A stretch of DNA of 61,033 nucleotides, counting the filler, from Nemertoderma westbladi (lineage: Eukaryota; Animalia; Xenacoelomorpha): NCBI GenBank assembly GCA_032718475.1. It is 4 parts of 4 records of this genome, joined end to end, with 100 filler letters (N's around TTAATTAATTAA, not from the genome) between each part and the next. Parts side by side here need not be neighbours in the genome. Positions count along the whole stretch, not along the records: positions 1 to 23,152 come from JAUCBJ010002931.1; 3 more parts are not named here. One strand, given 5' to 3'. The notes under the pieces were generated by a model. It made no database searches. It was not told the origin of the DNA and worked only from the letters and a program-made list of their open reading frames with translations. Made by a program: the position numbers and the translations under genes. The number at the start of each line of letters is the position of its first letter. Position 1 is the first letter of the stretch. Positions 1 to 14,180 of this stretch are shown one piece after another.

Positions 1-1827
1 TACAATACTTATTACTTATTCACGTGTACATGTTCTTGGGTAGATTAGATGCTCGTCCTACCATTTTATTTAAATCGATTTTGTGTTCCTGTTTTTATAT
101 TATACATTAATGAACATCTGAGTACGCCCGTTACGACTGAAATTGCTCCCTTTTTCTGTTTTTGCAACTCGTGGCAAGACCATCACCACCCCCAACAGCA
201 CTCGGTGCTGGTTCTCCACCCCCGGAATATACCCAATAGTAAATAAACCATCATGATTCGCAAGGTGCAGAGTATAATGTGAATGAGAAGCTCATCACAC
301 TATAGTGCAATGATAAAATAATATTACAACTAACCTTATATTGCATGGATGCACCATCTCTGTAAATTGCACCAAATATAATCTAATAAGCTAATTTAAA
401 TGTAAATAAATTTGTGTTATCACACAATTAATTGTGGGTGTTAGTGGTGTATCTGGTTTAGTTTTAATCCTTTAGGTACTGAACACCCCCAAATAGCATC
501 CAGTAATGCACTGAACAATTTTACAAATTAGAGGTGCCTTTGTCTGTTTTTCAGATTGCTGATCAAAAAACGAATTACCTAAACTAAAATGTTCTCTATG
601 GGATTTACTTGGTTAGTGATTCCATTTCAAATGTCAGTTTTTCCGCAAAAGAAATCAAAACTAATGTAATTTGTTCTAGGATTAACACTATCTTAACTCT
701 ACCAAAAATATATATTAATATTTACTTCAAATCTGATAATCTAGCTATTTATTATGGAAAAATTTAATTACAATTATAGTTATAAGTAGATAAATAAGTA
801 AAGTAAGTAAAGTAAGTAAAGTAAAATAAGTAAAGTATATTTAAAATACGAGCTTGCGAAATATAAATTTATCTAGTGATAGATTAGGATTTGGAGTATG
901 AATATGTATTTGTAAAGATTGAATAGTGCATAATTGATAAATAATAGATTAAATACTGTATCAATTGAAATTGGAATGTGTTAAATTGAATATATTAATT
1001 AAAAATTTAAAAACATTTAAAAATTATTAATTGTATTAGAGTGCAATATTTTATACTAGTACCGCATCTTATATTATATTATATTAGTAAACTGATTTAC
1101 AATTAAGATTCATGTAACATAATCACTAAACAACCAATTAATTTAATACATTTCTGTAAACCTGACAATTGGACAAATTCTTTAAAACTATTAGCATTGT
1201 TTGAAGTTCCCAGAGCCAAATCAGATTCTATAAGTGCCTATTCTAATACTTTAATTGGTGACTACTTCATCCAACCATGTGTATAAACGATGGTATTAAA
1301 AGTACCTCCTTTTTGAATTGCAACTTTCATAATTAGTTATTAGAAATGTTACCTGTGTCATGATTACTATATAAATAATATGCCTGTGGCGATCTAACAA
1401 TGAATTTGGCCCTTTATTCAACTAGAATACAATATACATACAAGAGGTACTTGAGACCCTATTTAGCAGGATCGATTATATGGGATTAACCTTACCATTT
1501 CACATTCAGATTAATTTGGCGTCTTTCAGACTAATACAATGTGATTAATTAGTTGCAATATGTACGCCTGCTCTGTATAATTGATTGCATTTGTGTAAGA
1601 TGATACTTATAATGTATTTAAGTGAAAACCAAAATACCTCAACTCTTAATTTACTGGAAGGAAATACATCACACGAGATGTTCATAATAGCAAGCTGTGT
1701 TTTCGAAGTGGTCTATTGGATGTAGCCTAGATGTGATTGTTCAAATCATATTCGGTTGAAAGAAATATAATGGTGGAGCGAATTGTGTTCCTATTGATAA
1801 TTTTCAAATTTTGTTTCTATTGCATTT

Positions 1828-2003
1828 TTGCGAATTTTGTTCCAACGGGTAGTGAACTTTGTTCCTTTACTTGCGAACTTTGTTCCTATCAAAATTTCAA
1901 GGATAATTATGTTCCAATTAATGCGAACTTTGTTCCTATCAATGCGAACTTTGTTCCTATCAATGCGAACTTTGTTCCTATTATTGCGAACTTTGTTCCA
2001 ATC
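1828..2003. repeat. Array of ~21-bp units (gcgaactttgttcctatcaat), probable subterminal repeats of a non-autonomous DNA transposon
   Basis: About 7 units visible; a related array lies in inverted orientation at 7383-7590. Confidence 0.75.
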
Positions 2004-2237
2004 TCTGTAAGTTACTTTCAGTTTGTGGATTGAATTATTTATTACTAAGTTAAATTTAGTATATCTTACTTGATGCGTAGTTTACAATTAATCCAACTAT
2101 GCAATATGCATAGAATGTGAAAATTCGAGATCAAACAATTATTTGATGTCTATATATCAGATCAGTATAAGATCTATATTATCCTATATAAATGCAGATA
2201 AGTATAATATGGGTAATTGTATGTCAGATGCTCAATA

Positions 2238-3387
2238 GGGATACCCACTGATACCTGGACTTCCCAATGAGACTTTTGTCCAATAATATTTACTTTAACA
2301 TTTTCCCTATGAGTCACTTCCCCAATAACTAGATCTGGTATGGTGAAACTTGAGTCCTTGGAGTCCTTTCCTTGAAGAGTCCTTCAATGAACTTGAAACC
2401 ACAAACAAATTTCTACATGAATATTGAATTACTGGTACAGATTTTTTTTGCTTAATTATTTATGTGATTATGTTATCTGTTGCAGATTGTGTCCCAGCTT
2501 TGCGTCCCGTTGATATTTATAGGATTTTGTTATCTTAAGATTTGTCGAAAACTTTGGTTCTCTCGCCGCTTGGGAAGTAGGGAGAGTCAAACGACCAAAA
2601 AAAATAAAAATGTAAGTAGTTAAAAACTACGTGTAAAATGTATACATTAAAACGACTGGCAATTCTTGTTTTGTCCTTAAATATAAAACAGAACAAACAG
2701 TACTCCAACAGAATCCACTATTAAAAAACATATTATTTTGTAATATATAACAATTTCTAATATAATTTCTATATATTGTTGTGTTGTGATTCATTCAAAA
2801 TTGACTTAGTCGCTTACAATTTCCATTGTTGTATTTGCTCATGATTTGTTTTTCATTCTTCTTGCTTTCGTTGTGTTGTTAAATCGTGAATGCATCAAAC
2901 CGTATTATTTTGTTTCAGTAACTTGATGCTGTGATTATGCTATGCTATGTTTAAAAGTCCTATTGGGCAATGCCCAATAGGCCAGTTTTCGAATAGGACA
3001 TTTACCCAATACTTTGAGATTTAGCTTTATTTCGTTAAGAACATTAATGGAAAGGAGCAGGTTACAGTGGTGGTGTTTTCTAACCAAAACAATAAACTAT
3101 AAATTTTTTCACTTGCGGTCAATTTGTGCTGAGGATCACTATTTTCACTTGCGTTCAATGTCTGCCACTATCTGATTATGTGATATATTAGGCCTAGCAA
3201 CACTCAGAATACGTATTGAATGGCAATTATGGTCTCAAAAAAACTTATTGGGCAAGTGAGTCGAGTGTTGGTAAAGTGACCTACTTTCGGTTAAAAATGA
3301 AAATATTGGGCAAGTGACCTAAAATATTTTTTTAATGGGCAAGTGACTTATTGGGGAAGTGTCCTATTCGGCAAGTGACTGCATCCC
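2238..3387. mobile_element. Degenerate MITE-like element with GGGAT..ATCCC ends and ~16-bp subterminal repeats
   Basis: ta|gggatac at left, gcatccc|ta at right; cacttccccaata-type motifs at left are inverted against tattgggcaagtgac repeats at 3245-3380. Confidence 0.45.
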
Positions 3388-3943
3388 TATAATATTACGC
3401 TATAATGTTTAATGTCAGAATTGATAAAATAGAAAAATTGCCCATTGGGGAGTATATAACGATACCCAGTTGATGAGCCACGTAACCTTACAACAAGTAC
3501 CTTACAACCTTTACATATATAGTATGTGGCACCATAAGTGCCGATATTTGTAGGTCCCGAGTGAGTGGTAGAGATATTCTAAAACATTTTCCGGCCAACT
3601 AGGAAACTTTTGTGTTCTAACTGAAAAGTGCTGGTTACTTGTTTTTTTCATTTTTTTCCTACGCAGATAGGACTAAACAGCCATTTATAGTAATCATATC
3701 ATTTTAAATATTTTCCAATGTATTTTGCGCCCCAGAAAACAAACCTGTATTGAAAAACAATTAGCCGAAAAATGTAACTTTTAAATTTTGTGAAAATTGT
3801 GCACTACTTGTAATTTTGGAGCTGCAATATAACCACCCCAGTACATTTGTTCGAAAATTTTTTTTTCGGTCGGATCCAGACTAGTGATACCTACGTACAA
3901 ACAAACAATCAGACATTTTCGTAAAAATTTGTAGATTTTAGAA

Positions 3944-4028
3944 GGGGGGGGGGGGGTCAATATGACCCCCCCCCCCCCCCCCACCGGTATTTGTACAGCA
4001 TTTTATAGCCCGGTACTAATAGGGTTAA
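3944..4028. mobile_element. Right end of a piggyBac-like non-autonomous element
   Basis: Gn-tcaatatga-Cn palindrome followed by ...aataggg|ttaa; matching left end not found. Confidence 0.45.
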
Positions 4029-4159
4029 ACAAATTACTCAACTAAAACAGTAGGCTATGCTACCTGATACTAAATCAGTCTGAGTTTTGAGAAATGCGAG
4101 ATTTCGGTTTGGATACATATTGGTTATATAGTAGACTTCGGCCTACTGTAGGATTTTCC

Positions 4160-4445
4160 AACCAACAACAATAAACCTTTTCTTTAGCAATACAGGGAAA
4201 GGAGCAGGTTATAAAGACGGGCTTCTAACCAAAACAATAAATCTTTTCTTTAGCAATACACTGAAAGGAGCAGGTTACAAAGGCGGGCTTTTCTAACCAA
4301 AACAATAAATATTTTCTTTAGCAATACAGGGAAAGGAGCAGGTTACAAAGGCGGGCTATTCTAACCAAAACAATAAATCACTTCTTTAGCAATACAGGGA
4401 AATAAAGGAGCAGGTTACAAAGGCGGTCTTTTCTAACCAAATAAA
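4160..4445. repeat. ~65-bp tandem repeat, about 4 copies
   Basis: Unit aaccaaaacaataaa...ctttagcaatacagggaaaggagcaggttacaaaggcggg; dispersed monomers near 3049, 8747 and inverted near 54685. Confidence 0.85.
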
Positions 4446-7382
4446 AAACTACAGGTATCTCATTACCAATTGGGAGAAAAGAGCACTCTACATACAGAGT
4501 AGGTTATTTAAAATACCGTAGACTACAGTACTAAAATTCTGAAATAATTAGTAAATTCATTTTTAGTAAATATAAATAATTGTGATAGTAATTTCACAGT
4601 ATCAGAGGCCTACGTATTGCAGTTCCGCAATATTATTCTTTCTAGGGTTTAGGCATTACCTTTACACCACTCTTTCATTATACTGATACTGGAATGATGG
4701 CCTAAGAGAACAGCAGTAGTATACCATCAGAGAACTTAAATTGGTAAAATAAAACTAAAAAACGGACGAAATGGATAATAAACTGACATAAGGAATAGTA
4801 TAATGAGCGCAAACTGGAAAATAGCCATATAGTGACATAATATAATAAAACTGACATAATAAGTGATTTAAAAGGAAAAGAAAATTAATTCTGCAAAAAA
4901 AATCCCTTAGGCCCCTATAAACCTAACAAACTATGGCCTTTCCAATAGAACCATCCATCCACCCCCCAATGGTAGGCATTGCCATAAGGGTTATGGAGAC
5001 ATATTCTCTACATCACATGCGCTGTGCTGGAATTCGGGCCAGGGGGGGAGGGGGGTGGGGGCATGTCGTAAAGCGTGACACAATGAAGTCCGCGAGGTTA
5101 GTGGACCTACTCGAGTCAATGGTGGGACACTTTCACGCTCTAATGGAAATAAGTGACCCTGATCCGGAACTGTTTATTAGACAATGTGTAAGAGGATTCA
5201 ATTCCGTGCATTACCCACCGAAAATGGGATTAGTGGCATTTTACCAATATAGTTGGCGATGTGAGATTACCAATAATAATCTCACCTCATAACCAACTCG
5301 GGCGACACACGCCGTAAGCCACAGAGAGAGGTGAGAGGTCAAACCACCTCAGAGGGACAAACAAGCTAGTAAGGCTAGCACCAAGGGATAATGCCAACAG
5401 GGAGTGGCGAGGTGAGAATTAATCAGGTTAAGCCAATAGTGGGCGGGAAAGCACATTGGGGAGGACAAGAGCGCATCTATTGGATATTAAAGGCCACGCT
5501 GTATTGTAGGGCTAATGTAATATGTGTCAATGATATAACCGTTGTGATTCCTGATTATTAGTTTAGTTGATTTCCTTACAGTTGTGAGACCGGAATAGTT
5601 TTGACCGTTGTCGTTACTGACCGTTGTATGTATTGCATATTATTATATTCAGACTGTGCTATTATCAATTACTGTGATTATTAATACTGACAATTTAACC
5701 ATGTCATTTTCAACGGCCTTCGGCCTAATATATCCAGCGTTAGCCCAGCAGCCCACAGACGCGACGACGCGTACAATCCACACACCGGTCGGAATCCACC
5801 ACTGTCAACTCCAGTGGATTCCGTCACACAATGCAAGAATCAGTCATTATCGTTCATCAAGGCTGCCGTCGCTATACACTAAGGGATGCAGGAGAGGTGC
5901 CTTGTAAGAATTGTGGGAGGAGTGAGGCGGCGTCTGCAGTTTGTGCACCTCCATAAGTGTTCACTGTGCCTTCATTGCAGCCGGCGATCAAGGCACACCC
6001 TGGGATTCGTCGAAGGAGAGCTAACATGCACGGATAGGACATTGCAATGCTGTACTATAGCCTATAGTATACTATAGACTATAGTATAGGGGATGGATAC
6101 ATACATCAATTATAAATTACCTAACAAACTTTAACTATTGTGCTTAAAATTGTTTCATTCATTTCTATTGTGCTATAATTCATGCTATAAATATTCAATG
6201 ATTTTATTAGGAGCCCGCTTCACAGCGGGATACTTATTGTAAAAATCTCAGGGATACTTTCTGTAAAAATCTCAGGATATATAACACTGACTGACTGATA
6301 ATTATCCAGGTTCAGGCACTTCCTGCCTGGCGATTTTGATAAAATTTTGCAAGTACATTGCTTTGGTGGTTCATAATCGCGTTACAAAATGTGTGGTGTG
6401 TGGTGTCTATGTGTGGTATTCGATATATTTAGTTTTTTGACATTATTTTGTCGCGAAATTAAAAGCAATGGTAAAATAACAGCTGGTGTTCATGATGAAA
6501 TATGGCTTAATATGTTATACACAGTCATAGTAAAACGTGTTGGTTGCCAAGTTTTACTAGTAGGCTATAAGGAAAGGCAATGTTTACTCACACATAAGCT
6601 GTTGGTTTCTAATGTATTACCCCATAAGCTGATTGCTCTCCCAGTGCTTCCTAAGGATCAGGAGAATTAATTTTAGTTACACAAAGCAGTGTGTTGTGTC
6701 CTATTGCAGTTGTTACTCACTGTTGATTGCAAAATGTTTTATAGTTGACCTACAGTATAATACAGTAGTTGCATGTATTTAAGGAGCCCTGGGAAGAGAT
6801 TCCGCTTGACGATGGGGTAATACCTATAGAAGGAATCTAAATTTGTTATTTGGCTCTATTCGTTGTTATTTATCTGGTTGTGCATCATTGGCATTTTTTA
6901 TAAATATTCGGTAATCGTATCTTATATCTTGTAAACGTACTTGATAATGAAATTTGCTTCATATTATATATATTTTTGTTAGTGGTAGCTAAGTTGCATT
7001 TTTTATTATGTGGGGCGAGCCACAAAGTCAGCTAGCCTCACGCCTTGCAGTTTAGACAATTGTTTAGTTTACTTACTGCTGACTGATATAGTTCTTTGTA
7101 ATAGTCTTGGCTAGGATTTTTCCCCCGGGCTCCTTCCATCCAGCTTGCTGGCTTTCTAGTGCTATGAGATTATTGAATACAGTCAAGTTGAACAAATCTG
7201 GCATAATAAATTGCGTTATACTTATTTGGTTGTTTTGGGTGTTTTTGGGTTCTTTTGCGTTCTATTGTGTTCTTTTGGGTGATTCTTTTGGGTTCTATTG
7301 GGTTTTTTTTGGGTTCTTTTGGGAGTTTAGTATGACCGGTTATTAATCTCCCGTAAGTCCAGCTACTGCAATAACTGTAATT

Positions 7383-7590
7383 GTGAATGGAACAAAATTC
7401 GCTGTCATAGGAACAAAATTCGCAGTCATAGAAACAAAGTTCGCAATAGATTTGCGAGACAGACAGGCTAATTAAATTTCATAGGAACAAAATTCGCTAA
7501 AATAGGAACAAATTTCCCAAAAATAGGAAGAAAGTTCGCTGTGAATTAGAACAAAATTCGCATTTTCACATTTTAGGAACAAAGTTCGCG
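7383..7590. repeat. Array of ~21-bp units (aggaacaaaattcgc), inverted relative of 1828-2003
   Basis: About 8 units; the reverse complement resembles the 1828-2003 array, including an internal aaatttaa break. Confidence 0.75.
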
Positions 7591-10500
7591 CTGCGAAAAT
7601 ACAGTAATTAATGAAACGCGTATAAATGTGCAACATATTAAAATAAATACACCAATAATGCAATATAACGTATTTTCCACGAAACAGGCGATATGACTGA
7701 GCATGATAAGATGTGCGATTTGTAGCTAGCCCATAATAAATTCATGACATTGCCGACTGCTTACTACAACACCATACATACAGTAGGATTATGTTGTGCT
7801 TAAGACAATATCCCGTTGCAAAACATGCCTAGTCGCGGTGCTGTCAGCATTAAGGCTATGTTTTCTCCTTGAGGCATCCATCCCCTTAATCATAACAGCA
7901 ATTACGTTGTCTTTTGAAGGCGAGTTTTATATATGTGTACAGCTCATTAATCATGCAACATATAAATAAATATATTAGGAGGATAACCTGGCAGCAAAGT
8001 GTTATGCTTCACTCACCTTGGCCTTCTATAATTATTAAACAGTATAATGTGCTATGGTATACTATATATTCTGCTAAGGTAGTAAATAAAGTTAATGATT
8101 TGTTATAATTTCTACTGTATAATTAGAAGACCGTTAGGGCTTATTGCTGTTAAAAAAAACGTCTGTTTATCTGTATGTTTGTTTGTTTGTGCACATTGAT
8201 ATTGGCTTGAAATTGTTTTGGTAAAGTCTGATTTCACCTGTACCTGTCATCCGAAATATGGATTTTGATATATCGTTGGATGCAATTCACCAAACTGTAC
8301 AATCACATTTTTTTAAAAATAATTGATGATCGGTTCTCGAAATATCATTAAATTACATTTAATTAGAAAACAGTTAGGTTAGGGCTTACTTGTTAAAAGG
8401 TTAAGTATATATGTGTGGCTATAACTCTGTCAAATTGTCCTTCTTATCTTAGGGCCTGAGGGTCTTCTTATCAGCTTCCTGACACTCTAGTATTAAATTA
8501 GTACAAAATTATGGTATTCAAATTTTTCCCCATTAAACTTGAACAAAGGGGTGGCTATGGGTAATTCAGCGAAAAAGTGTAAATCGCTTTGTGTTCCAGG
8601 CAAACTGCAACTGCAAACTGTGTATTTCAGGCTTTAGCTACTTTAGGGGAACTTTGGTGAGACAGGGGGAAAACTTAATCAGATAGGAGAAAAATACCAT
8701 TACAGCGAATCAATTTATCGTCTCAACGTTAAATTTTCAATTAAGGGAAATAAGCAGGTAATAGTGGCACGTTATTCTAACCTAAACAATAAACTAAACT
8801 AAATAGAACAGGTTACAGTTTTATTTTTGTGAGTAACCAGTTGTTATTAGCGTAGATTTTCCCCTGGAGAGTGATGCATTTTGATTGCATCGCAGGTCTC
8901 CCTCTATTTGACTTTGGTATAACTTTTCTGCAACTATTATGTAATTAAGTAAATTATTCTCTTGTGAATTTTGTGAGTAAGTATTTTATAAATTAAGTCT
9001 GTCAATTGTTTAGAATTTTTATTTAAGCCCTTCAATAAAAGTTTCCGAGATTATTGTCTAGACAAGTTATGTTAATTAATTAATAAATATTATAATATAT
9101 ATAAATATTAGTTACATTTTGTATTGATACAAATTTTATAATATAATTAATCCTGTCCGCCACCGAACATGCAGTCCATGGTCCCCATGACGACGGTGAG
9201 GTGCATTCCACTGCATTGCTATTACGAGGCACTGCATCAGTAACTGGCATTAGGATCGTGGCTCCTGTGCCAGTTCCCGGTCCTTTTACTATGCTTTTGA
9301 GAAACTACTTGGTAACTAAAACTTGTCTTCCCAATTTATCAAATACAACAAGGGAGAATTAGTCATACTGGGTATTGGATAAGCTCATCATATTATTTTC
9401 GAAATTTTCTAAAAAATCATTGATACATTAATAATTCATAATTTGCTCCTATATATAAGAGGCATATAAGAGGCATATAAGAGGCATATCTATCTTACTG
9501 CATAAATAACAATTTCCAATATTTCCTTTTGTTTCATACTAATTTCATAGTTTAACAAGAATTGTTGACTATTGTAGGCTTTATTTCAGATGGTCAACAA
9601 CATAACATTAGGATGCAAGATAGATAGGGCGTGGTTTTTTCTGCAATCTGCATACTCCGGAAAACAGCATGAATGCGCATGAGTGCCTGTATTTCTAATC
9701 TTCTAGTCTTATTTGTCTGACTTAACTTAGATAGATTCGCTGTAGTTCTAAGGAAATGGATGTAAGTAGCCACCAACCAGACACAAAATTTTCCTGAATC
9801 GTCTTAGTAGTTGAGACATTAGTTAAATCAAATCGAGTGTATGTAAGATTACATTATCATTGGCAGCGCAAGGCTTTGGAAATTTGTGTTGCCTAGGATT
9901 AGTACTAGTACCCTAGTGTAACTGCACTCAAGTGCACTTATACTAGCAGTTCCATAACTTAAACCAATTTCTTTAACCAAGGCAATTCAAAGACAAAACA
10001 TAATGCTGAACTACTGAACTATAACAGGATGCTTCCTGTTATAGACTGTTGAAGATAGGTCAATCATTTGAAGTGCCACATGATCTCCAGGGGGGTACTT
10101 CCACCTATTCAGGACCCATTTAGGTTGCCTTCTGGCGTTTCTCAATAATATCCCTTATTTGGTTGAGAATTATAATGTAGCTCGGCAGCAATCGAAACAA
10201 GGCTGATTGATAGACAAGGATGTAACGGCAATGACATGTAACAAACAACGCGGGATTGTTTAATAAATATAAAATACTTACCATTATAATTATTTGCTTA
10301 CAAAGGAACAATTAATTACTTCATGGGATGTACTTACCTGCTGAGTAATATAAATTATTATTTATTCAGTATTCTGTATATTATTGACAGGTTCTTTATC
10401 AACGCAACTATAGCTGTAACCAACTAGCTTGAAGTGCCACTTAACTACCATTTTACAGGCACTACTAAAATTGGCAAAACCCACAAGTAGCGCAGGTTGT

Positions 10501-10951
10501 CCTTTTAGGCGTAATTGACAGTTAATGAAAATATTTAATTATTTATAAATACATGATTCAAAGGGACCAATTAATTCTTTGTAATTTAATATTTGTAGAA
10601 TTATATGAATTACTTACAAACACAACTTCTTAATTACAATATGATTGGAGATAGTCTTTGGCATACTTTCCAATAGCAATGAACCCTACACTTTGAGAGG
10701 TACTCCCTAAACAATTGTTACAAATCATGTTCAAGTATTACATACATAATATATACATAAACAGGTGGATATTTCATGGCCCCCCTGACACTTTCTGTTT
10801 CTCTGGATTTGCAGAGTTCATACTTTCTGAGCCATGCAGTTATTGTTTTTGTTACACAAAAAATCCATGTAATAATATTCTTAATTTTTTTATTGTTAAA
10901 GTTAATAATGAACATTCTGGGCGGGATAAATGATAAACTCTATATTCCCCA

Positions 10952-11150
10952 CACCGAACGTAGAGCCTATAGACTCCCATATAAGAGTACAGCTTCTACT
11001 GCTACTCGTAAATAAATCGAACTTTAAGATTCCGAAGTATTTTCTATTGACTTCCTAATTCCGGACAGAATATTCAATGCTGCCAATGGCTTCTCCTAAC
11101 GTATTGAAAGGTCTTCACCTGACTTCGGGATCCATGACCTAAGGTAGCAT
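10952..11150 (-). mobile_element. Old RTE-clade LINE fragment
   Basis: Reverse complement aligns by eye with 15366-15555 (CYLGSWI..LLYGS region). Confidence 0.75.
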
Positions 11151-11721
11151 AAGACATCCTCATGCACACAAGCACTTTAGCGACCATTAAGATCCAAGGG
11201 AGATGTGAACGAAACTAGGTTAATAAAGCATGGCATACCACAACCTCTGGAACAACAAATGTAAATTCAAGGCATTCAATTAATAATTATGCCAAGGTGG
11301 GGGGATGTAAGTTCAGTTGCATCACATCATCATATTACATAGCATATACATTACATATCAGATTAGATGATATTATATTAGATGATATTATAAGTTTGCC
11401 ATAGGGTACAACTGTACATTGTGATTTGCATAATAATGTATAATCACAACCATTATTTATAAACTATCAGCTCTATATGCCACTTATACTTAATTTGTAT
11501 TTACTTTTGTCTACTTAATTGTATGCTTGTTCAGATGTTGTATTATATTATATAGCATTGGAGAAAATTATTTAGTAAATAATGAAAAAATAAAATAAAT
11601 ATGTCCCTAAAAGAGTTGTACACAGGCAGTTTCAATTGACCTTGCAACATCATAAACTCCCTAACTATTAATTAGTCCATTCCTAAGGGTAAACAAGTTA
11701 TTGAATAAGTAATAGTAAGTC

Positions 11722-11990
11722 TATGTGGTTAGAACGTATGTAGTATAACCGGATATCATGGCCACAGAAATGGGAGGTCATGAGTGTGAGGCCCAGTGCA
11801 GTTGTGTTACCGTATAACTGTTAAGAACTACCTTCAACCCACCCAACTGCAATGGGTACCTGGCATAAGCAAAGCATAGGGGTGGGGGGGGGCGACGAAT
11901 AGTAAAGTGTATTCGACACCTGTATTAATTAAACCCCACCAGCCAGCCATTAAAGAATTGAAGCACGAAAGAAGGACAAGATTGTGCTCA
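11722..11990 (+). mobile_element. Possible degenerate tRNA-derived SINE
   Basis: gtggttagaac head and cacccaactgcaatgggtacctgg, resembling a conserved SINE central motif; B box not clear. Confidence 0.3.
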
Positions 11991-12782
11991 AAGCACAAAC
12001 ATTCCGGTCACAGAGCTTCCAGACCCATTTACATTGGCTGACTCACTAACACAATATGTTTTAGCATACCAAACTATTCGCAAGATAAATTTTGAAATGT
12101 ATTATATGGGTTTTTATAGATTTATTTATTTATCTAGTACTGATTGTATTGACGGGACTGTACGAGTTCTAACTTGCCTAATAGAATTCTGCCTGTGTCT
12201 GGTTTAATAGCAAGTTTGCTTGATCCTTCTCTCTCTCTCCCTCTTGGAGTATCCGTCTGTCGCGATGCCTGCTTGCTGTGGTTGCAACCCTAGATCTGAT
12301 CGCTGCGTTCGTTGTTCGTGTGCGAGGTCGGGATTGCCATGCGCCTCCTGTGCTCCGATGGCGACTGGGCGTTGTTGTAACGCACTGGGAGCTGTCAGTT
12401 CGCAGCCAGTCGTCTACGGCACTTCGCGCGACATATCGCCTTCCAAAAACAGCAGTGCATCCCAACCGACTGCCACATCATCAACAGGAGAAGATGGCGA
12501 CGAGACCCTGGTAGACCATGATATAACCCTGGCTTCATCTCCCAGCTCGTCGTTTCAGCTACCCAATAGGACAGCGACCCCGATTCACACAGCCTCAGAA
12601 TCCGTTCCCATCGCGATGCCTCCCGGTTACAGCGGGTCTGTGGGCCACGGCGTACTTGACTACATGTTAACCAACTCGCCGCGGACGAGCCAGGCTACAA
12701 CAACGAAAAAGGGCAGGGTCCAATCACCAAGTGAGACACACAAATAAACTCAACTCTGGATGAACTCGACTACCTCATGGAA

Positions 12783-13690
12783 TCTGCGTCGGGCTCTCCC
12801 CAGTCTGCGATGGGTGTCCCCATATCTGAACCGGGTGTCTCCCAGTCTGTGCCAGGCACCCTCCTGTCTGAGTCAGGTGCTCCCCAGCCCGTATTGGTTG
12901 CCCCCCAATCCATGTCGTGCTTCCCCTTACCCATGTCGGGTGCTCCCCTATCTATATTGGGTTCCTGCCAGCTGGGTGCCCCCCAGTATGTGGCGGACGC
13001 CCCCCATTATATGTCGGGTGCCCCCCAGTATGTGTCGGGTGCCCCCCAGTATGTGTCGGGTGCCCCCCAGTATATGTCGGGTGCCCCCCAGTATGTGACA
13101 AGTTCCCCCCAGTATGTGTCACGTGCCGCCCAATCAACGTTGTGTGCCCTCTCCTCTGTCTGTGCCTGATGTCCATCAGTTCATGTTGAGTGCCACCCAG
13201 TCTGGGTCGGATGAACCCTTGATTGTGTCAGGTGTCTCTCTGTCTATGTCTGGTTCCTCCCAGTTGGGTGCCCCCCAGTCTGTGTCGGATGCCTACCAGT
13301 CTGTGTTATGTGTCCCGCAATCTGGAATGGGTACCCCCCAGTCCATGTCGTGTTTCCCCCAGTCTGTATTGGGTGTGGGGCCTACAGCAGCGACAGCATG
13401 TCAGTCCGGGGTTGGAGCAGTACAGTCCGTGGCTGGAGCAGGCCAGTCTGGTGGTGGAGCTGTTCAGTCCGGGTTTGGAGCAGGTCAGTCCGGGGTGGCT
13501 GGAGCCGGTCAGTCCAGGGTTGGAGCAGGTCCGTCCAGGGCTGGAGCAGGTCAGTCCAGGGGTGGAGCTGTTCAGTCCAGGGCTGGAGCAGGTCAGTCCG
13601 GGGTTGGAGTAGGCCAGTCCGAGGTTGGAGCAGGTCAGTCCGGGGGTAGAGCAGCTCAGTCTGGGGTTGGAGCAGGTCAGTTCGGGGGTG
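12783..13690 (+). repeat. 21-bp coding minisatellite in HERO copy 1 (GAPQYVS / GAGQSGV heptads)
   Basis: Units ggtgccccccagtatgtgtcg and ggagcaggtcagtccggggtt. Confidence 0.9.
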
Positions 13691-14180
13691 GCACCTCCAC
13701 ATTTGCAGCGTTTTGGGACCCCATTGCAGAGGGACACCGCGACTGAGACCCGGAGGGGTTGATGAACCGTGCATATGGAGCCCCTCTAGTTGGTTAGGGG
13801 GCAATGCCAGACGAACTTCTCCACCAGTGGAGACGGGCGACTCAGCTATGCGGCTCAAAATACAGGCTGCCCGGGGGTGCTGTGGGCAGGGACGTTGTCT
13901 CCCTCCTCTCGGATGAAGCCGCTGCTTTTGTCTCTGGACTGACGCACAACATTGCCAATGCTCGTTCGGAGCGCATCCTCCTCGCTGACTCACTGCTTCT
14001 CCACAGGGACCCCAAGGTTATTAAAGCAGCCGATATTCACCGACTCCTCACCGGACGCGTCAAGCTATGGCGCTCTGGACACCTGGAGACACTGCTTGTT
14101 GAGGCTGAATGCTGCTCCTTAAAATTTTCAACTGGCAAGCGGGTTACCAGGAGGTGCCGACCACCAAGGGAGGAAAAGGA

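Noticed and set aside
1828-7590. One 5.8-kb transposon bounded by the inverted 21-bp arrays
   Set aside because: The apparent termini face inward (2003 and 7383), suggesting two separate partial elements; no TSD found
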